Source: Trichoplax adhaerens
Taxonomy: Eukaryota > Animalia > Placozoa
Direction of reading: 5' to 3'
Assembly (NCBI RefSeq): GCF_000150275.1
Contig: NW_002060943.1
Span: 11,594,878 to 11,658,877, forward strand
Length of the DNA: 64,000 bases
A program made the position numbers and the translations under genes. Below the pieces are notes generated by a model, which ran no database searches, had not been told where the DNA came from, and worked only from the letters and a program-made list of their open reading frames with translations. The number at the start of each line of letters is the position of its first letter. Position 1 is the first letter of the stretch. Below are positions 47,018 to 58,307 of this stretch, piece by piece.

Positions 47018-48940
47018 TTGTATTGTCTATTGCATGCATACTGTGCAGGTTCTATTGCTATTGTAATTATATCAATTTAAGTCTTTAATATTTCTGTTAC
47101 TTCTTTAACTTAATAGACTGCACCTATAATCTAATGAAGATAAATCTGGTATTTTGTAAATACTTTTCTTCTAACTACTATCAACTTGTATAAGATCTTG
47201 CAAGTATCGCTGGAGTGTATTGGCGCCTGGCTTACTATTGTAAATTAAAGTGATAGTCTTTTTGGCTGATCTTCCTAGATCAATTCCTTCGTTATGTTTA
47301 TCTAGCGAAATTTATACAGTATCCGTGTATGTTATACCATATACATATTACAGTTATTGATGATGATACCCCGTTAAATTTAATATTGTTATTGCCCTAT
47401 AATAATGAGTATCTTGTTACTATATACTGTAGTTATGTATGATTGCATAGCATTTAAAAGTTTAATACACGCTAACAGAAATTTTAATAGTTTTTATCGA
47501 ATGCATTAATGCATTCTAATTAAAACTTTTACAATGTTGCCTTGCTAGGTACTGATTCGGTACTTTGCGATTGGATATTTTATTATAAGATAAGATGTAT
47601 AGTCATTAAAGAATCACTTGAATTCTTCGATTTAACGATTAGTTGTAATTACCGCTGACAGTTAATACAGAAAGAGCAATTATTGATATTTAACGATAAC
47701 GGTTTTATTTCTGCATACTATAGCTATCTAACCAAGTGATAGTTTAAATTTATAGATATCTATCGCGAAAAATATTCGAAAAATTGAAATCTCAAAGTGT
47801 GATATTCACCCCTGATGCTCGAATAACCGGGAATAAAGTTGAAATTGCAATTTTTATAAATTACTAAAGAGCCAAGCTCTCCATCGCTGCTTGAATCAGA
47901 TTCAGGGCAGTGTGATTTTATCATTATTATTTAATTATACTAGATAACGATTCATAGTAATTTTAGCTGGCTATTGTCCGGCACGTGAAATTAATATTGC
48001 ATTACATCATTATCATAGTAAACGGCCCTGATCTCTGTCGATGTCCCAGATTCTTAGCTGAAAACGTTTAAAGTGATACTGTAATACGGTACTTACTAGA
48101 TCTTATAATTTGTATAACAGTTCTAGCTGTATTTCAGCGTATAATCCAAGACAAAGATTATGGAATGAACTTACAGTACCGTTAAAACAATCTAGCAGAA
48201 AATTATTATGTTACGAATTTGAAAAGTTAGCTGTGATAGTTCTGTCAGCGAAGTGGCTCGACGTTAAGCAAGTAATAATGTCTAAAATTAAAAATCTAAA
48301 ATCTAATCTATTCAGGGATTCAATACCATTAAGTTCATATTTCGTAACCCTAATTAATTAATTAATTAATTACAGTATACCGTACAGTGTACAGTACATT
48401 AGTTACGTTTTGTACAGTACAGTATACTGTACTGTACAGTACAGTACTGTAGCACAGTGTACAGTGTACAGTATACTGTACTGTAGTCCAGTGGACACTG
48501 GACTGTACTTTAAGCAGTCAGGCTAAAACGTCAAAGTGATTTGGCGCTTCTTGGATTTGGGTAAACGCTAGAATAGTCTAGACTGCCATCAGCAAAATCT
48601 TTCAGCCATCTTTACTTATTTCATGTAAGTATAAAAATTTGAATGATGTGAAGATGTTATCGTAGCTAAATTTCTCATTTTTTTTGACCTGGTATTGAAA
48701 TTCTCAGTTCTCATTACATTGCGTTATAATATATTATCCGTGTTGTACCCCATTATATTATGTCTCTAAATTGTACAAAGTAGGAGGTCTAGTATCTATG
48801 TATTAAAAGAAGTATACTTTGAAAACGGTAGATACTTGAATGATTACGAAGTGAAGGACTGTCCCTTTTTGGCATTTTCCCTGTACTCTTTTACTAACGC
48901 ATATATTATTCTTGTAAGCAGCTTAACAGGTTTATCAAAG

Positions 48941-50714
48941 ATGTCCCGTTACAATGAATGTAGAATTTATATTGGCAATTTGCCTTCGGATATAAGAGAA
49001 AGAGATTTAGAGGATTTATTTTATAAGTATGGCAAAATTTTAAGCATCAGCCTGAAAGATAATAGGAGAGGGCCTCCATTTGCTTTCGTCGAATTTGAAG
49101 ATAAGAGGTTAGATTAGTGATGCGTGTGCTACTCTGATGCAATTTTAGGTAGAACTATTACAAATGCAGGACTGACGGATATGTATAAGTTTTATGCAAT
49201 CTTTGAAATTATGATGTAGTTATTAAAGTTTGCAATGAACTTATTGAAAGAAAGTACTATATAATGATCTGTTCCGGAGGTCTGATACAGTACTACGCTA
49301 AGGTTGACTTTCTGCTGGTACTCTCTTGTATTGTAGAATTGAAAATCGCCAAGGAAAGTTTTGTAGTATCAGATGACAATTTTTTATCCATACGTAGAAT
49401 ATTTCTACTATAGTTTTATAAGAATGAACTGATGCAACACGGTTATCCGAATTTCCGCTAGTTGCTGTTTTCACTATTACGATAGAGCTACAGATTTTAT
49501 CAAAGTAATGTGTTCGACTTTGTTTGGTGTCACTTGTGATACTATCTTAAGTGTTATAAATTAGAAGTAGCTCCATTTCGACATTGATTATAACATACTA
49601 AAATCGTGCTCGGATTAGAATGAATATCTGAATTTTTTGGCTATTGTTTGCAATTGCACAATCCTTACTAAGTCGTACTATATTTATAGGGATGCTGAGG
49701 ATGCAATTGATGGCCGAGATGGGTACGACTTTGACGGCTGCAGGTTACGCGTTGAAGCTCCAAGAGGCGGTGGTGGCGGCGGCGGAGATTATGGTCGCCG
49801 TGGCCGTGGTAATGGTAGCGGCGGCGGTAGGGGTCCAGCTAGGCGATCTGACCATCGCGTTATTGTATCAGGGCTACCGCAAACCGGTAGCTGGCAGGAT
49901 TTAAAAGATCACATGCGTGAGGCCGGAGAAGTTTATTTTGCTGACGTTTATCGCGATGGAACTGGGGTCGTCGAATTCGCTCATTATTCGGATGTTAAAT
50001 ATGCATTGAAACATTTAGATGATTCAAAATTTCGCTCTCATGAGGTTAGCGTTTCAAAGGTCTTCTAGCATGACTTTATGTACTATTTTAATTATGTGCA
50101 TATTACGCAAGCTTTCGATGATACTATTAAGTACTACTGATAGGCATTCATATTTAAATTACTGTTCATATCGCTATTGATAGGGTGAAACTTCATACGT
50201 TCGTGTGAAAGAAGATAGAGGTAGAAGTCGGTCACAAAGTCGGCGCCGATCCAGTTCTGGATCTGCTTCATCCCGGCGTAGATCATATTCTAATTCCAGA
50301 TCACCGAAACGTCGATCCCGTTCTAGATCTAAATCTCCTAAGCGGAGATCCAGATCTCCTAGACGTCGATCACATTCTAGATCCAGATCTCCTAGACGTC
50401 GATCGTATTCTAGATCTAGATCTCCTAGGCGTCGATCGTATTCTAGGTCCCGATCTCCTAGACGTCGGTCGTATTCTAGATCCAAATCTCCAAAACGTCG
50501 ATCGTATTCTAAGTCAAAGTCACCTAAACGTCGGTCGTATTCTAGATCGAAGTCACCTAGACGTCGGTCATATTCTAGATCCAGATCACCTAGTCGCCGG
50601 TCTCACTCTAGGTCTCGTTCTCCTAAGGATCGATCAAGATCACGATCAGATTCGAAATCTGGTTCTCGTTCTCGTTCTAAGTCTCACTCGAGATCACGTT
50701 CACCTTCTAAATAA
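48941..50714 (+). CDS. SRSF1: Serine/arginine-rich splicing factor SRSF1/SRSF9-like; exons 48941-49107, 49691-50045, 50184-50714 (probable 5'UTR intron from ~48625)
   Basis: RRM1 ([18 protein letters not shown]), Gly linker, pseudo-RRM with [25 protein letters not shown], long RS domain. Confidence 0.93.
50270..50620 (+). repeat. 33-bp coding minisatellite encoding ([11 protein letters not shown])n in the RS domain
   Basis: Repeated ttctagatccagatctcctagacgtcgatcgta-type units. Confidence 0.85.
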
Positions 50715-52101
50715 TGTAAACCAGCTCCATATTACACCATGTAGATTAAAGAGGACATAAGCATATTATGTAATGATATCTTTTGTAATGTTGTAATAGA
50801 TCACCTTTATCCCTTGTTTTGCTAGTATCTTAAATCAAATTTAATACCATTATATATATAAGTGTTAGGCTATGGCTCCTTGCTGCCGTATCATCTTTAT
50901 GACTGGATTACGGGACGGCTGCTCTGAAATTTTTATTGTATCATCTTAATTACATTATGTTAATATAGTAAACATATCGTAATGTTGTTGATATATTGTT
51001 ACATGAAAATTAGAAAATTTGTATTTCTTTGCCAAATTTGCCAATAACTTGTTACCTTTACTTGTTGAGATTAGGATAGTACACTATAACGTTTGGACGG
51101 ATAAACTGAATGATAGACTTAAGGACCTTTTATATTTGACTTGTGGACTTAGCATGCCTGACTACGATGTGTTGTGCGTTCGTTCATATGTTTAACAAGG
51201 ATGATGGACTTTGTCGCATCATTGGAATGACAATGTCTTATTCGGATAATGATTCGGAAGTAATAATACCGAGTGACATGATCGTACGAGGAATTCAATA
51301 CGTAATCACGTTTTGTTAGTTTATTAGTAGCTTAGGCTAGATAACTACTTATAGTGCGAAGTTTGAATTTATCCATCAGATGTGCAGTCATATGAATTGC
51401 TTTTGAAATGTTTTCAACGTATCACCGGTGTTAGGGATTTGTTTTAAGAGATTTGTGTTGATATCTCTAGCAGATAACTATAAGGATGTTGCAACTAGGA
51501 TGAACACACATGGAGGATTTAGCTAGCATCAGGATACAGTGAAGATTATCGGATTAGTTATGCATTTCATGATTTAAAAGAATAGTGAAACGAATTGTTA
51601 CGATAATCGACGCAATTGGACGTATTCAAGCACGCTTTTAGTTATGGCAGTGCTGTAACATACGACAGCAGGATATGGTAGTACGGGTATTAAGAGATAA
51701 ATTAACCTGCCAGGATTTATGGTAATGTTTGCATGTACGATTTAATTACAATATGCATTTTTGCCACAATAAAACGAATACATCTTCCACAGTAAAGTGG
51801 GGATCATTGTGTGATTTCTATGGAAAACTTAAACCAACAGTAGAGATTTCAAGGATTGCAAATAGAGAAAATTTAATGATAGTTCTATCGTTGATTTACG
51901 TTACTAACACAGTATGTAATTATTGATGTACGAGTATATGCACATCAGTTAAAATCGCAATTTATTTTCGCTTTTATCATAATGATATCGTTACATGGGC
52001 AGAATCAATCATGTCCTCTAAGTAAAAATTTGCATGTACTCTTTCTTAGATAAATTTTCAGTTCGCGTCGCATCAAGGTTAATTGAAATGTACGATTTCC
52101 T

Positions 52102-55085
52102 TCACCGTTTCTGTTCTCCTAAGTCAGTAATGCTGTCGTCGTCAATCTACGAAAATGAAATAAAATGAATTAGTCAAGTAATCCTCTACTTAAATTAGTA
52201 AATAGAATACTGTATGCAAATATTCATGTGCATAAGCAAGTACTGTAATTACTTTGTAAACTGAAACTTTTTATTATCCTAGATAGTAGCGATGCTGAAT
52301 TGGTGCGTGATTATAATTAATTTTACTGGATCATAACGTGATGGTAGTGAAGAGATAGATTTAATATGTTCTATTATGTAAATTGGTGAATGTAAACATA
52401 TGTGTTGCAAAGTGGCAGCAAAAGCTGTGTATTTCTATTGGTTTATAGGATTCATTTTACAATTACCTCTGGCCACTTTTTTTGAATGATATCAATAATA
52501 TTATCAGTTACATCGCCTTGGACAACTATTTCATCATCGCCAGTTACAGAGGAGCCACAGGAAAATTTTTGAGCGAAATACTTTGAAGCTTTCTTTAAAT
52601 CTATTTCTAAGTATAAACGATACGATAATATCACGTTACAATATTAATACTGCAGTTTTTTAATTACTTATGGCTACATACCAAAAGTTTTTAATCCAAC
52701 CACGATAGTTACATACTTTTTCTTACTTCTTTGAGCCAAAGCAATCGTTACTTGTTTTGGCCCACTTGGCTAGAAGTTACATTAAAATATTATGGATAAG
52801 AAAATCCTGCATGTATAATTGATTTATACAATAAATGGAAGGTCAATTATAAGAATATTTAAGAGATACATACTTTCTTTTTATTACGAATTGCTTTACC
52901 CCCTATTTGGTATCATCAAAATTGAGGTAGAAATAAACCGTTTTAGTATAGTGAGGAATTTACTATAAGACTTGATATACAAATGCTAGAGTTATTTAAC
53001 ATACGTGTATAAATATATTATTATCCTCACAACTAGGTATATCAATAGAAAGTCGAAATTTAAAGCTACACATCACGTAATCTTTTTGGTGATCGTGTTA
53101 TAAACTTACTTATCAAGCGCCAAAATATCTTTTAGTAAATTAATACCTTCCACATGTAAAACTTTACATGATTATACAGTATATTTAAACGCAACACTAT
53201 GATAATAATACTGATCTTACATCTTTCCGTCACAATTATTACATAACAATTACTTTATTACCTCTAGTTTGCCTTTTCTTGCTATCAGCAATATCCGCTG
53301 ATTGAAGCTGATCATTTACTACAGTAAATGATAGATTGAATAGATCATCTTAGTATACTTTCAACTCATTCTTTACAAACTGTTTAAAGTTTTACAGATA
53401 GTGCGATAAGAGTATGTGTAATAAGAGTAGTATAAAGCCTACGTTTTGCCATCATATCGTCGTGAACATTTGGTAAACTGCTCTTAAGCCATTCTTTACA
53501 CTTGTCATAGTCAACTCTAAACTCGCAGTACTGCCAAAACAGTTCAATAAGTTTTTATGAATTGCTCAACATAATTTATAGGTATCACGCACTTAATGTA
53601 ACTCTATAATTTAAACACATCTAGCAATAATTACAATACACTTTAAATTATTACCTCTATAGGAAAGGAGCATACTAAAAGTTAAAAGATAAAAAGGATA
53701 TAACATTAATAGAAGCATCACCAACATTTAAATAGTACCTAGTTAATATGCGCATAATGCATAACAAGAATTATGATGCAGTATTTCATTCAGTATTAAG
53801 GGCTGATCACTGTCTACGCTGACAGAAACAGAACTATTTACATTAACGTTCTAGATCTACACCGGTTTAATTATACTTTGCAGGCATAGAAAATCCCGCT
53901 CCTTAGAAATTTGCTGAGTAATGATATACGCGTAAAGATGTCGTATTTACAAAATGATAATTCGTATTCGCTTCATATGATTAATTTGTTACTCTATAGG
54001 GCAATTTTACGGGTATAAAAATCATACGTAGTATCTGTCCTTTACCATAGACTCCTAAAAGAAGACCTGGGCCTAACCCTCTCGTTGTAGCCTTACCGCA
54101 CACAGTACACAATGGTAAGAAACGAGAAAATTTTATTTACACGGAACTTACTGGTTTTTATTTCGTACTATGTTTGGCCTTGGTAGAAAAAATTGGGTAA
54201 GTCTATCTTTACGTGCATTACAGTGTTATGTAGTACTGTATATACACACTATAATTGAGTGATATAATTAAGGTGCGTATGTTACTATGGTCAGACAGGG
54301 ACTACTAGAGAAAGGGAATAATTTTATTTTCCGGTAGTCCTTGCTACGACAAAGATTAAGAGAGAGCTTTCGTAAGGTAGTGCATATTGCCTTAATTGCA
54401 TACGTATACGAATATAGTACCATACTGTACTCGTATAAAGATCTCGACCAGTGATGCTTGAGGCTAAACAGAAATATGATGTACCGTCCTCATAATTTTG
54501 TGTACTAATGTTTCAACTACAGTAGAAATAAAGTGGTTGATTACGTACAATGTTCTATATAGATACTGTCTATATGATACATACATTTTAGGACGGTTAA
54601 TACGTGTATAATTTAATCATTCATTCTCTACCTATTCGGATTGCCTTTGTGCAGAGGACATAGAACTACGAAAGCTAGCCACATTAGCTTAAATTATTTC
54701 GCGTTATATCATAGGAACAGATTGCAAATGTTCTTCATATCTATAGTCAAAGATGCAGAAACTTTGCTGCAAATATTATATGAAAGAAACTCAAGATATC
54801 GATATAATTTGCAATCAGCCTTTGTTTCAGAAATTGAGTGAATATGAAGAGATGATAGCAATTTAGAATTCGTCTACCACTATAAGCTTACTATCTTTAG
54901 ATTATTAAGAGTTTGATGAAATGTGTACCATCGATTATAATAATAGCTTCAGATGATAGCACACATTATTATATGTAAGGCTGTTATTGATATGAGATTA
55001 TAAATTATAATATACCTCCACAATAATGAACTTCTAAAGGGTATGATAATGTCGTATTCTGGGATTCTTCAACACTGGTAGCCAT
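52102..55085 (-). CDS. DENR: Density-regulated protein DENR/Tma22 (SUI1 domain); ~8 exons, intron 1 = 53675-55015
   Basis: [80 protein letters not shown]. Confidence 0.92.
53800..54970 (+). ncRNA. Candidate large structured ncRNA (telomerase-RNA-like) nested antisense in DENR intron 1; ends approximate
   Basis: More than 10 hand-folded helices whose non-Watson-Crick positions are almost all G-U on the + strand; CCTAACCCT at 54072-54080 within a helix-closed domain (54047-54053/54200-54206). Confidence 0.5.
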
Positions 55086-55089
55086 ATCA

Positions 55090-56095
55090 GAATGTTACTC
55101 TACTTTACTTTAGCTGGCAATCTATTTGAAAGTGCCTGCTATAAAATGGTCGAGTATGATCGAGAGCGCATAGCTGCTCTGTAGTCCGTACGAGAGGCAT
55201 CGGTGTTTACGGTATCTCTACGCTCTATAGAAATGCATTACAGTCTGCTTACAGTGTACAGTGTACAGTACAGTATTGTCACGGAGTACTGTACACTGTA
55301 TAGTACAGTACTATACTTGGAGTGATCGGATGACTTGAAACTGCATTGCTTGCTCTGTGCCGTTTCTATACTGTGTACTGTATGCGTATCTAGCATTACG
55401 TACAGTATCCTACAGGCGCAGAGCCGGCTAAGCCGTTTTAACATCTCCAAAACTGTGAATTTATACTCCCCAAGATTTAGACCTTTTATCCTACAGGTGC
55501 ACACTGCACAGCCGTTTTAACATCTCTCAACTGTAGTTTGTATAGTACTCTAAGATTTGGAGCACTATTCTGTACTGTACTGTACTGTACAAACCACAGT
55601 TAGAGTTGCTAAACGGGTTTAATGCTCAGCCGGCTTTGAGCCTTGCTGTTCGCTTAGTTCGGTTCGACTCTGAACTGGACCGGACTGGACTGGACTGGGC
55701 CGAGTCGTGTTAACGTTTCGGAAAGTACGGTACAGTATACTGTACAGTGTACTGTACAGTACAGTACCAGAAGTACTGTACTGTACTGTATCATACGGTA
55801 ATACTGTAGGTCCGGTGTTATGAGGATGATGCAAGCCCATAGTGCAGTATAGTACAGCAGCTGGAGAGCTAACCAGATTCGACTATGCTCGTATGCTGGT
55901 CTTCAGGCGACCTCGTCATTCTCGATAAATATTTGGACTTGAAGAATGGTCTAGCCAATTTGAGCACAATATTAGGGTTATTATGCTGGTATTACTGAAC
56001 TAGATGCTGTACATATTATGGTAAAGAAAGAGAGTTTTTAGATTGACGGTGAAGATCAATTCTTATCAACTGATAGACGTAGAAATTTTAGCTAG
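55090..56095. promoter_or_regulatory. Bidirectional promoter region DENR/COQ5 with TACAG arrays and a GGACT/GGACC run
   Basis: Head-to-head ATGs ~1 kb apart; tacag/ctgta arrays at 55240-55860; actggaccggactggactggactggg at ~55674-55699. Confidence 0.6.
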
Positions 56096-56099
56096 TACA

Positions 56100-58307
56100 A
56101 TGTATGCAAGAGTCGTTGCAAAATTTTATGCAGCAGTAGCAACCAAGCGATGTTCGATAGCTTGTCTAGGTGCTAGTCGTCGTGCTATTCATCAATCTCC
56201 AAGTAATCGTAACGATAGAGATAGCGAGAGAAACACAACCCATTTTGGATTTCAAACGGTTTATGAAGATGAAAAAGAAGTTAAAGGTCTGTATGATGTT
56301 ACGTCGTGTAAGAAATCGATTTAGAATTGTTCTACTGTAGTTTTCTAGACTGCAGAGTAAAATGGTGATTTGCACAAATGCTTTGATAGCCAATGCAGAT
56401 TTAGTCTTTGAAGTTAAAGTATAGTGTTGAACTGAAAATGATTCTTAAGAGCTATATCAAATTGACTATTTGCTATACGGTTTCAAATTGTGTCCAATGT
56501 AATAAATGCTTTCACATCTTTCATTTTTGTAAAACATATCATAGTGGCCGAGGTATTTCATAACGTGGCAAATAAATATGACCTGATGAATGATGCGATG
56601 AGCTTTGGTATTCATAGACTCTGGAAAGATACATTTGTTCGCCAGTTAAATTTACAGTCTGGATTAAATATAGTTGATGTTGGAGGTGGAACAGGTAAAG
56701 TGAAGTAATTTCTTTCTTCTAAAAATCCTATTATTGTAGATGATCAGTAATTTACACTCATAATAATATGCAGAAATAGTTGTAAACTCTTTGAGATCAA
56801 AAAAGTAAACATACCTGTATTATAGATTTATCGCAGTATTATTTATATCTACACAAGAGAATATATTGAAATTAAATTCGTATATGGGATAGACACTGTT
56901 TTCATGCATTTCTTTGCATTAAGCTACTAAAATTATATAGATACAATTATCATTCTTTTGATTACATATTTGTAGGTGACATATCGTTTCGGATTTTAAA
57001 ATACATGAACATTCGTAATAGCCAAAGAGTAAAGAATTCAATGGATAAAAACACGCAAGAGAATATACCAAATTGTGCAATAAGTGTTATAGATATTAAT
57101 CAATCGATGCTGGATGTAGGAAAAACGCGTGGAAAGGAATTAGGCTACCAAGGTGGTAATAAAGTAACACTGTAACTATGTTCAATAGATTAAGACTCTT
57201 GCCTGTAACATTTAATTGCAGATTTCCATTTTTCAGATGTAGTTAACATGATAGAGTATACTCAACTTAAAGAACACTATCATAAACTGTAGAAGAATTT
57301 CACTTACTTTTGCACTAGACGAAGTTGTATCAATATTGAAGAGTTAGATTGATTGAATGTACACACTCGAATATGTACAGTCACAGGTTATTTCTTTTGT
57401 ATGTAATCACCCGCAATAGCAAAATTTTATACAAAAAACCTGTTCTTTTGCAATTCATCTTGCTAAAATCCGCTGTTAAAACGTAATGCACCTCATCGTT
57501 TGTATTGAGAATTAATGTATGCTTGATGTGTGTATGCGCCATGATATTATGAAATGGCAAGTGTATGCACAATTGCTATTTTTTATACTACTAGCTAATT
57601 ATCAAATACCAATCTGATGCTGATAAATTTCTACTGTAGATATAAAATGGATTAAAGGAGATGCTGAAAATCTCCCGGTGAAGGATTCTTCTGCAGATTT
57701 AGTTACTGCTGCATTTGCTATAAGAAATGTAACTAATATCCGCAAGGTACGTATTTACAAACAACGAAATACGTACTTATTAATATACTGTATTAAACTT
57801 GATAAATTATACCATATTTAATTTGCTATTTATGAAAATTGAGAAGTATCTAATACATAGTTCATTAGGAATTGCTTTTGATATTACGTCAGATCGGACT
57901 TAAATGTGCTAAATTGCTTGTATATTATTTGCAGGCAATCTCGGAGGCTTACCGCATTTTAACTCCAGGTGGTCGATTTTCAGTTTTAGAATTTAGCCAT
58001 GTTACGAATCCATACTTAAAGAGGTGAGGCAGCACACGGTATTAGATAATTATTAAATAAGCTGATCTCTATCTTGAACGGACTATTTTACAGCTTATAT
58101 GATACATATTCATTTGAAATGATTCCTGTGATGGGAGAGATAATTGCTGAAGATTGGAAATCGTATCAATATTTGGTAGAAAGTATAAGGCAGTTTCCTA
58201 CACAAAGTGAATTTGCAGATATGTTTAAGCAAGCTGGATTTAGATTTGTAAGATTTCAAAATCTTACTTTCGGAACAGTCGCTATTCATTCTGGATTTAA
58301 AATATAG
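56100..58307 (+). CDS. COQ5: Mitochondrial ubiquinone biosynthesis C-methyltransferase COQ5 (UbiE family); exons ~56100-56286, 56545-56694, 56976-57152, 57641-57746, 57935-58023, 58094-58307
   Basis: [36 protein letters not shown] motif [35 protein letters not shown]; basic N-terminal transit peptide. Confidence 0.95.

Noticed and set aside
50174-50485. Minus-strand ORF of DLEYDRRLG repeats
   Set aside because: Antisense shadow of the RS-domain repeat
54186-54202. Minus-strand ACCCAAUUUUUU resembling the U5 snRNA Sm site
   Set aside because: No U5 loop I (GCCUUUUAC) upstream, and the helices favour the + strand
54289-54345. GACUA/UAGUC pairing resembling group I intron P7 (R/S elements)
   Set aside because: It forms a simple hairpin; no P/Q elements, no J8/7 AAGAUA and no bulged G-binding site
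54641-54841. 66-aa ORF inside DENR intron 1
   Set aside because: Non-ATG start, no homology, and it lies within the base-paired region
55971-55980. ATTAGGGTTA (minus strand UAACCCUAAU) and similar short telomere-like words at ~23125, 48345 and 62511
   Set aside because: Such 8-10-mers occur by chance in 64 kb; no surrounding dense structure or pseudoknot was seen, unlike at 54072
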